Below, one piece after another: positions 1 to 8,933 of a DNA stretch of 64,000 nucleotides. The position numbers were made by a program, and so were the translations under genes. Origin of the DNA: Pseudomonadota bacterium (lineage in GTDB: Bacteria; Pseudomonadota; Gammaproteobacteria; JAKAQQ01); assembly GCA_021828045.1 (NCBI GenBank), contig JAKATI010000001.1:6209-70208 (forward strand), in the 5' to 3' direction. The notes beneath the pieces are model-generated. The model was given only the letters and a program-made list of their open reading frames with translations. It searched no databases and was not told the DNA's origin. How positions within the stretch are numbered: position 1 is the stretch's first letter; each line of letters opens with the position of its first letter.

Positions 1-493
1 ACCACACGGCGAGGAGACTGAGGAGCCAGACCCCCACCCAGCGGAGGGGCAAGCCCTGGGCGAGAGCGGTGCCGGCCAGCGAGAGGAGCAGTCCCGAGTA
101 GATGGGATGGCGAACGTAACGGTACGGTCCTTTCTCCACGAGTTCATGCCCGCTCCGGATCACGGCCATCCCGCTCCAGTTCCGGTTGAGGGAAAAACGG
201 GCCCAGAAACTGAAAGCCATTCCCAGCGCACAGACGAGGAGTCCCGGAAGCACGAAGAATCCCGGTAGGTGTGGGCGGTGGAGCCATCCGGCTGTTCGGG
301 TCCAGAGGAAAAGTGCCGGGATCAGGACGACGACCAGGGACAGACGCCATTCGCTTTGCTCGACGGGACGGCGCCTGAAGCCGGCGGTCCAGAGCGCGGC
401 CCCCAACCAGATTGCTCCCCAGAAAATCCAGAGGATGAAAAGCCAGGGTTCGGGAGAGACGTACGACAAGGAATGTGCCTGATTTTCCGTCAT
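1..493 (-). CDS. Isoprenylcysteine carboxyl methyltransferase (ICMT/PEMT-like) family membrane methyltransferase. Only the N-terminal ~164 codons are in the window; the gene runs off the window start.
   Basis: I translated the minus strand from ATG (complement of 491-493) myself: MTENQAHSLSYVSPEPWLFILWIFWG...NRNWSGMAVIRSGHELVEKGPYRYVRHPIYSGLLLSLAG. It has several TM segments plus the hallmark HELVxxGPYRYVRHPIY motif of the ICMT/phospholipid methyltransferase family. An in-frame stop lies just upstream (521-523), so 493 is the first start. The gene is absent from the ORF track because no stop falls inside the window. Confidence 0.7.
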   Translation of the reverse strand, partial: MTENQAHSLSYVSPEPWLFILWIFWGAIWLGAALWTAGFRRRPVEQSEWRLSLVVVLIPALFLWTRTAGWLHRPHLPGFFVLPGLLVCALGMAFSFWARFSLNRNWSGMAVIRSGHELVEKGPYRYVRHPIYSGLLLSLAGTALAQGLPLRWVGVWLLSLLAVW

Positions 494-540
494 TGTAACG
501 GATCCGGGGCCATTTGCGTCTCATCCCGAAGAAGCCTTCG

Positions 541-569
541 GCCAAAAAAAGCCCCGCTTGCGCGGGGCT
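541..569 (-). terminator. Rho-independent terminator downstream of pilin gene 1
   Basis: The plus strand reads aaaaaaa-AGCCCCGC-ttgc-GCGGGGCT. On the minus strand this is an 8-bp GC-rich hairpin followed by a U7 run, 33 nt after the pilin stop at 602. Confidence 0.7.
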
Positions 570-601
570 AGATCCCTTCCAGAGGAGGTCAAACGGGCGG
601 A

Positions 602-1060
602 TCAGGATCCGATGCAACTCCGCGGCATGAGCGACTGGGAAATGCTAGAGCTACTGCAGGTCCAGACCATGGGGGCGCCGGGAGACGCCATGGACATGGT
701 AAACTTAACGCTATTGCCCGCGAGTCCAGAGTTGACTCCGACTGTTTTGAAGGTCGCAATGATCGTGCACCCACCGGTGGAGGTTGCGGCCCCGCCATCT
801 GCTACCGACGCAACATACTTGCCGACATTCGATGCCGCATTCAGGAACCCGGTCGTGGTGCCGCTCACCGGGCAGCTGTCGTTCTGCATGTAGTAGTTCG
901 CGACCGGGATCTTCTGGCCGCTCATGAGCGAAATTGCCTCGGTGAACTGGGCTTTCGCGACGTAGTTCTCATAGGCCGGGATCGCAATGGCGGCCAGGAT
1001 GCCGATGATCGCGACCACGATCATGAGTTCGATCAGGGTAAACCCCTTTTGACTGTTCAT
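602..1060 (-). CDS. pilA: Type IVa major pilin (PilA-like), 152 aa
   Basis: The real start is the internal ATG (MNSQKG|[24 protein letters not shown]): a short basic leader, Gly-1/Phe+1/Glu+5 and a hydrophobic N-terminal helix. There is a C-terminal Cys...Cys disulfide loop ([15 protein letters not shown]). The ORF-track start at 1114 is an upstream extension. Confidence 0.9.
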   Translation of the reverse strand: MNSQKGFTLIELMIVVAIIGILAAIAIPAYENYVAKAQFTEAISLMSGQKIPVANYYMQNDSCPVSGTTTGFLNAASNVGKYVASVADGGAATSTGGCTIIATFKTVGVNSGLAGNSVKFTMSMASPGAPMVWTCSSSSISQSLMPRSCIGS

Positions 1061-1145
1061 GACTTCATACCTCAAATAATGAAAGTTGACTCGACTCCTC
1101 GCCGCGGTCCCCAAGGTTTACCCAAGGACCCCGCATATTTATACC

Positions 1146-1161
1146 TGCAGACTCTGTGCCA
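1146..1161 (-). promoter_or_regulatory. Sigma-54 (-24/-12) promoter for pilin gene 1
   Basis: The minus strand reads TGGCACagagtcTGCA. GG and GC are separated by exactly 10 nt, matching the TGGCAC-N5-TTGCA consensus. It sits about 85 nt upstream of the pilin ATG. Confidence 0.6.
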
Positions 1162-1250
1162 GACCCGATTTAGTTGCTTCCATTAAGGACTTCACGCCTG
1201 ATTGCAGCAGGGATCCCAAACGGATGTGATTTCAGGATCATCGAAAGTCG

Positions 1251-1308
1251 TTGACATAAATTGTCAGTCAGTGACAATTTGTGTCTGTCCATGACCCAAA
1301 TTGTCAGG
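1251..1308. promoter_or_regulatory. Putative enhancer (PilR-type upstream activator sites): TTGTC-containing direct and inverted repeats
   Basis: There is a perfect 9-bp inverted repeat AAATTGTCA-gtcag-TGACAATTT (1258-1280) and a third direct copy AAATTGTCAG (1298-1307). A TTGACA hexamer lies at 1251-1256, and GATTGCAG occurs twice (1203-1210 and 1314-1321). The repeats are 100-160 bp upstream of the sigma-54 promoter of pilin 1. Confidence 0.45.
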
Positions 1309-1744
1309 TCGGATTGCAGGCCTTGGGTAGCAGGGTTGGATCGATGGTCGAGCTGCTGCAGACCCACTCAATCGAGCCGCCGTAGGTTGCGGATTCCGGT
1401 GCCAGGGTGAGTGTCTTTCCGGCGAGTCCGGGCACGACCCCGTGGGTTTTGAAGACGGCCTGGATGATCCCGTTTTTCACCCCGACCTCTGCCACATAGC
1501 GGCCGGCCAGGCTCGTGGCTTCCGGGATTCCGTTCTCACCCGAGTTGATGCCGGAAAAGCTGCCGTCGCTCCACCAGAGGGAGGCGATCGTGGGCTTGAG
1601 ACCGCCTGCGATCGAAAGGGCTTCCAGGGCCTGGGCGCGCGCGAGATCGTTTTCGTAGGCCGGGATCGCGATGGTCGCGAGCACGCCTACGATCAGGATC
1701 ACGATCATGAGTTCGATCAGGGTAAAGCCAGAGTCCTGACGCAT
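1304..1744 (-). CDS. Second type IVa pilin (major-pilin-like), 146 aa
   Basis: The sequence is MRQDSG|[26 protein letters not shown]... with a C-terminal disulfide loop ([15 protein letters not shown]). It is the C-terminal part of the artefactual 778-aa minus-strand ORF 1304..3640. I located the start ATG as the complement of 1742-1744. Confidence 0.9.
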   Translation of the reverse strand: MRQDSGFTLIELMIVILIVGVLATIAIPAYENDLARAQALEALSIAGGLKPTIASLWWSDGSFSGINSGENGIPEATSLAGRYVAEVGVKNGIIQAVFKTHGVVPGLAGKTLTLAPESATYGGSIEWVCSSSTIDPTLLPKACNPT

Positions 1745-1782
1745 GGACACCACCGGTTCCGAACTGCGTTCAATCCAGATCC

Positions 1783-1798
1783 TGCAGGTTTGATGCCA
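1783..1798 (-). promoter_or_regulatory. Sigma-54 (-24/-12) promoter for pilin gene 2
   Basis: The minus strand reads TGGCATcaaaccTGCA with correct GG-N10-GC spacing. The -12 element is about 40 nt upstream of the pilin-2 ATG. Confidence 0.5.
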
Positions 1799-1852
1799 GT
1801 GACCCGGTGGGACCTGCTTATAATGTGGCCTCCTGCCCCAGGCATTCATCCC

Positions 1853-3568
1853 ATGCTGGATCCGGTCCCCGAACACTATGCGTCCCCCGAAGGGAAGGCC
1901 CGGCTCATGGAAAGGATCCGGGAGAGCGTGGCCCCCCGTTGGGTGCTCTCGCGACGGCAGCTCTGCGATCTTGAACTCCTTCTGAACGGCGCTTTCCATC
2001 CCCTCGATACTTTCCTCGGCGAGGAAGACCATGCCCGGGTGGTGGCGGAAGGCCGGCTCGCCAACGGGACGCTCTGGCCGTTGCCGGTCACGCTTGATGT
2101 GCCGGAGGAGTTTGCCGGGCGGCTGGATTTGGGGGGGCTCCTCGAGCTTTGTGACCCGGAAGGGATCCCGCTCGCTGTGCTCGAGGTGACCGGGAAGTAC
2201 CGCCCGGACCGGCAGGAGGAGGCTCAACGGGTTTTCGGTACCCTGGATCCCGTCCATCCGGCCGTCCGGCATCTCCTTGAGGCGACCCATCCGGTCTATC
2301 TCACGGGCCGGCTCACGGGGCTTGCCCCACCTCCTCATTATGACTTCCGGCACCTGAGACTCGGTCCGAACGAGCTCCGCGCGCGTTTCAGGACCCTGGG
2401 CTGGCGGCGGATCATTGCCTTCCAGACGAGAAATCCCCTCCATCGGGCCCATTTCGAGCTCACCTTCCGCGCCGCCCGGGAACGGGAGGCCAACCTCTTG
2501 ATCCATCCGTCCGTGGGCATGACGCGGCCGGGCGATGTCGATGCCTACACCCGCATCCGTTGTTACCAGAAAGTCCTCGCCCACTACCCCTCTTCCACGA
2601 CCCTGCTTGCGCTCCTGCCCCTGGCCATGCGCATGGGAGGTCCGCGCGAGGTCCTCCTTCACATGATCATCCGGAGGAATTGCGGGGCCACCGACCTCAT
2701 CGTGGGCCGGGACCATGCCGGGCCGGGACGAGACAGCGGGGGACAGCCGTTTTATCCACCCTATGCAGCGCGTGAGGCGGCCCTGGCCCATGCCGGGGAG
2801 ATCGGGATCGGGGTTGTGGCCTTTGACGAGATGGTCTATGCCCCCCGGCGGGGGGAGTATCTGCCGGTGGACGAACTCGCCCCCGGCGAGGAGTCGCTCA
2901 GTCTCTCGGGCACCGAGCTCCGGCGCCGGCTCGCGCTCGGACTCGAGATTCCGGAGTGGTTTTCCTTCCCCGAGGTCATCGCGGAACTGAGAAAAAGCCT
3001 GCCCCCGCTGGCCCGGCGCGGTCTCACCGTGTTCCTGACCGGGCTCTCCGGCGCCGGGAAATCGACCCTGGCCCATGCCCTGGCCGAGAAGCTCCTGGAG
3101 CAGGGTGGGCGGCCCGTGACCCTGCTCGACGGCGATCTCGTCCGGCGGACGCTCTCCAGCGAACTCGGCTTTTCCCGGGAGCACCGCGACCTCCATATCC
3201 GCCGCCTGGGTTTCGTGGCCGCCGAGATCAGCAAGAGCGGCGGCTGTGCCATCTGTGCGCCCATCGCCCCCTATGCACGGACTCGTGAGGAGGTCCGCGA
3301 AATGGTGGAATCCCGGGGCGGCGGCTTCGTCGAGATCCATATCTCGACCCCGCTGTCCGTCTGCGAGGGACGCGACCGCAAGGGACTCTACGCCCGGGCC
3401 CGGGCCGGACTGATTCCCGACTTTACGGGAGTGAGCGATCCCTACGAGGCTCCCCTTCATCCGGACCTCGCGATCGATACCACCGAACTCACCCCGGAGG
3501 AGGCCTGCCAGCAGATCATGCTCAAGCTCGAGCATCTGGGCTATATCGGAGGGGAGGTCGCATCCTGA
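1853..3568 (+). CDS. sat: Bifunctional sulfate adenylyltransferase (ATP sulfurylase, Sat-type) / adenylylsulfate kinase (CysC domain)
   Basis: The N-terminal part matches the ATP-sulfurylase core ([29 protein letters not shown]...[12 protein letters not shown]). The C-terminal part is an APS kinase with P-loop [10 protein letters not shown] chose the MLDPVPEHY start because earlier in-frame starts (GTG 1442, ATG 1793) overlap the divergent pilin gene and its promoter. The start is uncertain by +/-60 nt. Confidence 0.85.
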   Translation: MLDPVPEHYASPEGKARLMERIRESVAPRWVLSRRQLCDLELLLNGAFHPLDTFLGEEDHARVVAEGRLANGTLWPLPVTLDVPEEFAGRLDLGGLLELCDPEGIPLAVLEVTGKYRPDRQEEAQRVFGTLDPVHPAVRHLLEATHPVYLTGRLTGLAPPPHYDFRHLRLGPNELRARFRTLGWRRIIAFQTRNPLHRAHFELTFRAAREREANLLIHPSVGMTRPGDVDAYTRIRCYQKVLAHYPSSTTLLALLPLAMRMGGPREVLLHMIIRRNCGATDLIVGRDHAGPGRDSGGQPFYPPYAAREAALAHAGEIGIGVVAFDEMVYAPRRGEYLPVDELAPGEESLSLSGTELRRRLALGLEIPEWFSFPEVIAELRKSLPPLARRGLTVFLTGLSGAGKSTLAHALAEKLLEQGGRPVTLLDGDLVRRTLSSELGFSREHRDLHIRRLGFVAAEISKSGGCAICAPIAPYARTREEVREMVESRGGGFVEIHISTPLSVCEGRDRKGLYARARAGLIPDFTGVSDPYEAPLHPDLAIDTTELTPEEACQQIMLKLEHLGYIGGEVAS

Positions 3569-3599
3569 CCCGGAAAGGCCCCCTTTGCTAGAATGGGCC

Positions 3600-4994
3600 A
3601 TGACCGCGACGCGGAGCCGGCAACCGAAACGGGTGTACATCGAGACGCAGGGATGCCAGATGAACGTCTACGATTCGGGCCAGATGCTCGAAATTCTCAT
3701 GGAAACAGAAGGTTACCTACCAGCCGACCGGCCGGAGGAGGCCGATCTGCTCGTCCTCAATACCTGTTCCGTCCGGGAAAAGGCCTTCGACAAGGCCCTG
3801 TCCCGCCTGGGCCGCTGGCGACTGCTCAAGGCGGACAACCCCCATCTCCGGATTGCGGTGGGCGGCTGTGTCGCGAGCCAGGAAGGTACAATGCTCCTTG
3901 CACGGGCCCCGTTTGTCGACGTCGTTTTCGGACCCCAGACCCTGCAACGCCTGCCTGCCCTCCTGGGTGAACGGGAAATGTCGGGACGGGCGCAGGTGGA
4001 TGTCCGCTTCCCCGCCATCGAGAAGTTCGACGCCCTTCCTGCCCCGCGCCGGACGGGGCCGTGTGCGTTTGTGTCCATCATGGAAGGCTGCAGCAAGTAC
4101 TGCAGTTTTTGCATCGTTCCCTATACCCGGGGGGAGGAGGCGAACCGTCCTTTCGCCGACGTTTTGGCGGAGGTCTGGACACTCGCGGAATCCGGCGTGC
4201 GGGAGATCACCTTTCTCGGGCAGAATGTGAATGCCTACCAGTCAGACTGGAAGGGGATCCGGCGCGATCTCGCCGACCTCATCCACTATACCGCGGCCAT
4301 CGACTCCATCCAGAGGATCCGGTTTACGACCTCCCATCCGATCGAGCTGGGTGACCGCCTGATGGACGCCTTCCGGGAGGAGCCAAAGCTGGCTCCCCAC
4401 CTGCACCTGCCCGTCCAGAGCGGGTCCGACCGGATTCTTGCGGCCATGAAGCGGGGATATACGGCCCTCGAGTACCGTTCCAAGGTGAGACGTCTGCGGG
4501 AGGCTCGAGCGGATCTTGCTCTCACCACGGATCTCATCGTGGGTTTTCCGGGAGAGACTGATCGGGACTTTGAGGACACCTTCGGTCTGGTTCGGGACCT
4601 GGGATTCGACCAGTCCTTCCTCTTTCTCTACAGTCCAAGGCCCGGAACTCCAGCCGCCTCTCTGCCGGATCCGGTGCCGGACCCCATCCGGCAGGAACGC
4701 TTCAACCGCCTCAAGGCGCTGCTCGACCAGCAGGCCCTGGAGTTCAGCCGGGCGCGTGTGGGGAGGCGGGTTTCCGTTCTCGTGGAACGGACCGGGGAGC
4801 CGGATCCCTCCGCCTTGTCGGGGCGGGAAGGGACCAATCATTGGGTCCATTTCGCAGGCCCTCCCGATCTTTTGGGGATGATGGTCGAGGTCGAGGTGAC
4901 CCAAGGACTGCCCAACTCTATGAAAGGACGGCGGACCGGAATCGAGAGCCTGCGTCCCGTGAGCCATGACCGGACACAACGACCATCGCTTTAA
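3600..4994 (+). CDS. miaB: tRNA-i6A37 methylthiotransferase MiaB (radical SAM)
   Basis: It has the [16 protein letters not shown]-terminal MTTase domain, the radical-SAM CxxxCxxC (CSKYCSFC) and a TRAM domain. Confidence 0.9.
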   Translation: MTATRSRQPKRVYIETQGCQMNVYDSGQMLEILMETEGYLPADRPEEADLLVLNTCSVREKAFDKALSRLGRWRLLKADNPHLRIAVGGCVASQEGTMLLARAPFVDVVFGPQTLQRLPALLGEREMSGRAQVDVRFPAIEKFDALPAPRRTGPCAFVSIMEGCSKYCSFCIVPYTRGEEANRPFADVLAEVWTLAESGVREITFLGQNVNAYQSDWKGIRRDLADLIHYTAAIDSIQRIRFTTSHPIELGDRLMDAFREEPKLAPHLHLPVQSGSDRILAAMKRGYTALEYRSKVRRLREARADLALTTDLIVGFPGETDRDFEDTFGLVRDLGFDQSFLFLYSPRPGTPAASLPDPVPDPIRQERFNRLKALLDQQALEFSRARVGRRVSVLVERTGEPDPSALSGREGTNHWVHFAGPPDLLGMMVEVEVTQGLPNSMKGRRTGIESLRPVSHDRTQRPSL

Positions 4995-5964
4995 GCTGGC
5001 CGGCCCGATGCGCGGCGCCGAGCTCATCCTCGAACCCCCGGACAACGACCGGCTGGCCCGGCTCTGCGGACCCATGGATGACCACCTGCGCCAGATCGAG
5101 GCCCATCTCGGGATCGAGATCAAGAACCGCGGGAACCGTTTCCGGCTCCTGGGCGAAGCCCGGGCCGTCGAGACGGCGGGCCGGCTGTTGCGCGGATTGT
5201 ATGCCCGCGAAATGGACGAACCATTCGAAGTGCAACGCATCGAGGAGATGCTCGAATCCGTCGTCGAACCCGAACGGCGTGTGGACCCGGCCGGCCGCCG
5301 TGCAGCTGCCGGCACCGGCCGCTTTTCCGTCGAGCCCCATGGGGCGCACCAGACAGAGTATCTCCGGCTGATCCGTCTTCTGGATCTCACCTTCGGGGTG
5401 GGTCCTGCCGGTACCGGCAAGACCTATCTCGCGGTCGCGGAGGGGGCCGCACTGCTCGAACAGGGTGCCTGCGAGCGGCTGGTCCTGGTTCGTCCCGCCG
5501 TCGAGGCGGGAGAACGGCTGGGCTTTCTCCCGGGAGACCTGAGCCAGAAGATCGACCCCTACCTCAAACCCATCTACGATGCCCTCCATGAGTTTTTGGG
5601 TTACGAAAAGGTCATGCGCCACCTCGAACGCGCCGTGATCGAAATTGCCCCTCTGGCCTACATGCGGGGCCGGACCCTCAACCGCTCCTACATCCTGCTT
5701 GACGAGGCCCAAAACACGACCGTCGAGCAGATGAAGATGTTTCTCACCCGCATCGGTTTTGGCTCGAAGGCGGTGGTGACCGGTGATCTCACGCAGATCG
5801 ACCTGCCCCGCCCGGAACGCTCGGGCCTGCCCCATGCGTTGGGAATCCTCGAGAACCTGCCGGAGGTGGGTGTGGTCCGGTTTGACCACCGGGACGTACG
5901 CCGCCACCCGCTCGTCAAACGCATCATCCAGGCCTACGAGGGCACGGGGCAGGGAGGCCCCTGA
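4966..5964 (+). CDS. ybeZ: PhoH-like ATPase (YbeZ)
   Basis: It has a GPAGTGKT Walker A and LDEAQN Walker B. The gene order ybeZ-ybeY-corC-lnt is conserved. Confidence 0.9.
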   Translation: MTGHNDHRFKLAGPMRGAELILEPPDNDRLARLCGPMDDHLRQIEAHLGIEIKNRGNRFRLLGEARAVETAGRLLRGLYAREMDEPFEVQRIEEMLESVVEPERRVDPAGRRAAAGTGRFSVEPHGAHQTEYLRLIRLLDLTFGVGPAGTGKTYLAVAEGAALLEQGACERLVLVRPAVEAGERLGFLPGDLSQKIDPYLKPIYDALHEFLGYEKVMRHLERAVIEIAPLAYMRGRTLNRSYILLDEAQNTTVEQMKMFLTRIGFGSKAVVTGDLTQIDLPRPERSGLPHALGILENLPEVGVVRFDHRDVRRHPLVKRIIQAYEGTGQGGP

Positions 5965-6437
5965 TGCGCGTTGCGGTGAGCTATGGACTGGTCCGACGCG
6001 GCTTGCCGGCGCCGCCCGCCTTCGGTCGGTGGATCGACCGGACGGCCGGGATGCTTGACGTGGAGGGTGCCGTGAGCATCCGGGTGAGCGATGCCCGGGA
6101 AGGGGCCGCGCTGAATGAGCGTTACCGGCGCCGGAACGGAGCCACCAACGTCCTGTCCTTTCCGGCCCGTCTCCCGGGTGACCCGGAAGGGTTCTGGGGG
6201 GACATTGTCCTCTGTGCGCCGGTCATCGTGGCCGAGGCCGAAAGTGCCGGTCGCCCCCTGCGGAACCACTTCGCCCATTTGACCGTGCATGGATTCCTCC
6301 ATCTTCTGGGCTACGACCACGAGCAGCCGGCCGAACGACGCCGGATGGAGGCCCTCGAGATCCGCCTGCTCGAACTGTTCCGGATTCCCGATCCCTACGG
6401 AAATCCGCCAGCCGTCACCCGCGGGGGGATCCACTGA
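5964..6437 (+). CDS. ybeY: Endoribonuclease YbeY (rRNA maturation factor)
   Basis: It has the H-x-x-x-H...H metal-binding motif HGFLHLLGYDH. The ATG overlaps the ybeZ stop (TGATG). Confidence 0.9.
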   Translation: MRVAVSYGLVRRGLPAPPAFGRWIDRTAGMLDVEGAVSIRVSDAREGAALNERYRRRNGATNVLSFPARLPGDPEGFWGDIVLCAPVIVAEAESAGRPLRNHFAHLTVHGFLHLLGYDHEQPAERRRMEALEIRLLELFRIPDPYGNPPAVTRGGIH

Positions 6438-7312
6438 TGTCCGTGGAAGAATCCCCGTCTCCGGCCCCTCCCGGCTGGATCGGACGACTGGGGCAGATCC
6501 TGGGACGCGAGGTACGCGACCGCCAGGCCTTTCTGGCGGTGGTGGAAGAGGCCTTTGCCAACGGGGTTTTGGACCCGGATGCCCGTGACATGCTCAAGGG
6601 GGTGCTCAAGGTCGGGGAGCAGCGGGTCAGTGACGTCATGATCCCGCATGGACAGATGATCGTGATCCAGGAAGAGGAGTCTTTGGCCCAGGTGCTCTCG
6701 ACCGTGGTCGCCTCCGGACACTCGCGGTTTCCGGTGATCGGGGAGAGTCGGGACCAGGTCGTGGGACTCCTGCTCGCGAAGGATCTCCTGGCCCACTACG
6801 AACAGCGGTCCCGCCATTTCAGCCTGCGGGATTACCTCCGGCCCATGCTGTTTGTGCCGGAAACCAAGGCGTTGAATCTCCTGCTCCGGGAATTCCGCAG
6901 CACGCGCAACCACATGGCGGTGGCCATCGACGAGTTTGGCGGTGTCGCGGGACTGGTGACGCTCGAGGATGTGCTCGAGGAGATCGTGGGCGAGATCGGT
7001 GACGAGTACGACCTCGAGACGGAGGGCAATATCCTGGAGCACAGCCGCCAGCGCTATACCGTGCGAGGGCTCACGAGCCTGCCGGAGTTCAACCGGCACT
7101 TCAAGACCGCCTTGCCGGAAGACGAGTTCGATACGATCGGGGGGTTTCTGGTCGACCAGTGGGGGAGGGTCCCCGGCCGGGGCGAAACCTGGGAGGTTGG
7201 TGCACTCCGTTTCCGGGTGCTTCGTGCCGACCGTCGGCGGATCCAGCTGCTGGAGGTCCGGCGCCAGAAACCCGCGCCGCCACCGGCTCCCCCGGACTCA
7301 CCCCCGGCATGA
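6437..7312 (+). CDS. corC: CorC/YbeX-family Mg2+/Co2+ efflux protein (CBS pair + CorC_HlyC domain)
   Basis: It has a CBS pair and a C-terminal transporter-associated domain. The ATG overlaps the ybeY stop. Confidence 0.9.
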   Translation: MSVEESPSPAPPGWIGRLGQILGREVRDRQAFLAVVEEAFANGVLDPDARDMLKGVLKVGEQRVSDVMIPHGQMIVIQEEESLAQVLSTVVASGHSRFPVIGESRDQVVGLLLAKDLLAHYEQRSRHFSLRDYLRPMLFVPETKALNLLLREFRSTRNHMAVAIDEFGGVAGLVTLEDVLEEIVGEIGDEYDLETEGNILEHSRQRYTVRGLTSLPEFNRHFKTALPEDEFDTIGGFLVDQWGRVPGRGETWEVGALRFRVLRADRRRIQLLEVRRQKPAPPPAPPDSPPA

Positions 7313-8868
7313 ACCGGGGGTCTCGGTGGTGGAGGCACCCAATTGTCGATTGCGGGTTCGCCTTGGCGGGTGGGGCGTGCCTCGTTTTTGCCTTTGCCCC
7401 GTTCGACCAGTGGGCACTCGGCTTTCTCACTCCCGCCCTCCTGTTTTGGCTCTGGGATGACGTCCGTCCGGCCCGCGCGGCCCTTGTGGGGCTCTTGTTC
7501 GGGATCGGCCTTTTCGGTTTTGGCATCTACTGGATCGTCCACAGTATCTTCGTGGTCGGCCATGAACCCTTGCTCCTCGCCTGGGCCCTGGTTTTTTCCC
7601 TGACCCTCGCGTGCGCTGCGTTCGTCGCCGGGGTCGGTTGGGCTGCCGCCCGACTCACCCCCCATCCCGGCTTTCCGCGCTATGCGCTCGTCCTGCCTGC
7701 GCTCTGGGTTCTGGCCGAGTGGGTACGGGGCTGGATCCTGACCGGATTTCCGTGGCTCGACCTCGGCTACAGTGCAGTGGGACAGGTTCTGGCCCAGGGA
7801 TATGCGCCGGTCCTGGGAACGCTCGGCGTGAGTTTCGTCCTGGCCCTGACCGCCGGACTGGTTGTCGCCTCCCTCCGCCTGCCCGACCCGCGCCGCCGCT
7901 GGACCGCACTGGCCCTACTGAGTGCGGCCTGGCTCCTCGCGCCCGTCCTCTCGGCGATCTCCTGGACCCGGCCGGCGGGTCCCCCGATTGCCGTGAGCGT
8001 GGTCCAGGGAGACATCCCGCAACGGATGAAGTTCAGCCCAGGCGCCTGGCGGGTTGGGCTCGCCCGGTACGAGACCTTGAGTTCCCCGCTCTGGCAGCCG
8101 GGACGGGTGGTGGTCTGGCCCGAATCGGCGGTTTCCACCTGGTATGAAGAGGCGGAAGGACCGCTCCAAGAACTCCGGCGCAGGATCCGGAAAAAGAGGG
8201 CCACGCTCGTGACGGGGGTCTTTCACTACGATTTCCAAAACGGCGGCCGCTACAACTCGGTCGTCCGAATCGGATCCGGTCCGGTGCGCTTCTACGACAA
8301 GCATCACCTGGTCCCGTACGGGGAATATTTTCCGGTCCCGGCATTCGTCCGGAACTGGCTTCGGGACTGGAAGTTGCCCCACTCGAGTTTCACGATGGGG
8401 GCCGCCGTGCAGAGACCGTTCCGGCTCGATGGACGATGGGCCGGGATCTCGATCTGTTACGAGGATGCCTTCGGACGTGATCTCCGCCGTTCCCTTCCCC
8501 GAGCCAACTGGCTCATCAACGTGAGTGACGATGCCTGGTTCGGACGGACCATCGGGCCGGACCAGCAGTTCCAGATGGCCCGGATGCGGGCGCTCGAAAC
8601 CGGCCGGCCGCTCGCGCGGGCCGACAATACGGCCCTCTCCGGCCTGATTGACGGAAAGGGTCGGGTGGTCGGCCGTCTGCCTCCCTTCCTCCCCCTGGTC
8701 TTGACCGGCCATCTCCAGCCGGAAGCCGGGCTCACGCCCTACGACCGGTGGGGAGACCAGCCGATCGTGGTCCTGGCCCTCCTGTTGTTGTCCGTGGGGG
8801 GGCTTGGAGAAGCCCATCGTGCCCAGGGCAGAGCGGTTGATGGCGCGGCTGCCGGGGATGTTTTATGA
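7309..8868 (+). CDS. lnt: Apolipoprotein N-acyltransferase Lnt
   Basis: It has N-terminal TM helices plus a C-N hydrolase domain (VWPESA, ICYE). The start ATG 7309 overlaps the corC stop (ATGA). The ORF-track start at 7159 is an upstream extension. Confidence 0.9.
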   Translation: MNRGSRWWRHPIVDCGFALAGGACLVFAFAPFDQWALGFLTPALLFWLWDDVRPARAALVGLLFGIGLFGFGIYWIVHSIFVVGHEPLLLAWALVFSLTLACAAFVAGVGWAAARLTPHPGFPRYALVLPALWVLAEWVRGWILTGFPWLDLGYSAVGQVLAQGYAPVLGTLGVSFVLALTAGLVVASLRLPDPRRRWTALALLSAAWLLAPVLSAISWTRPAGPPIAVSVVQGDIPQRMKFSPGAWRVGLARYETLSSPLWQPGRVVVWPESAVSTWYEEAEGPLQELRRRIRKKRATLVTGVFHYDFQNGGRYNSVVRIGSGPVRFYDKHHLVPYGEYFPVPAFVRNWLRDWKLPHSSFTMGAAVQRPFRLDGRWAGISICYEDAFGRDLRRSLPRANWLINVSDDAWFGRTIGPDQQFQMARMRALETGRPLARADNTALSGLIDGKGRVVGRLPPFLPLVLTGHLQPEAGLTPYDRWGDQPIVVLALLLLSVGGLGEAHRAQGRAVDGAAAGDVL

Positions 8869-8933
8869 TCCTTCCATCTTGGCCGGATCCCGCCCAGCCT
8901 GCCCCAGGTTGCGGATCCGGTACTGAAGGACTT

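Noticed and set aside
144-617. 157-aa minus-strand ORF at the window start
   Set aside because: It has a low-complexity Arg/Pro/Gly-rich translation. The real gene on this strand is the ICMT-family methyltransferase in another frame (1..493). This ORF also spans the pilA terminator.
1304-3640. 778-aa minus-strand ORF overlapping the whole sat gene
   Set aside because: Only the last 146 codons (1304..1744) form a real gene, the second pilin. The remainder is an antisense GC-rich artefact opposite the conserved Sat/CysC protein.
8869-8933. Inverted repeat CCGGATCC...GGATCCGG between lnt and leuS as a possible terminator
   Set aside because: The loop is about 22 nt long and there is no downstream U tract. 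It is more likely incidental palindromic BamHI-like sites.
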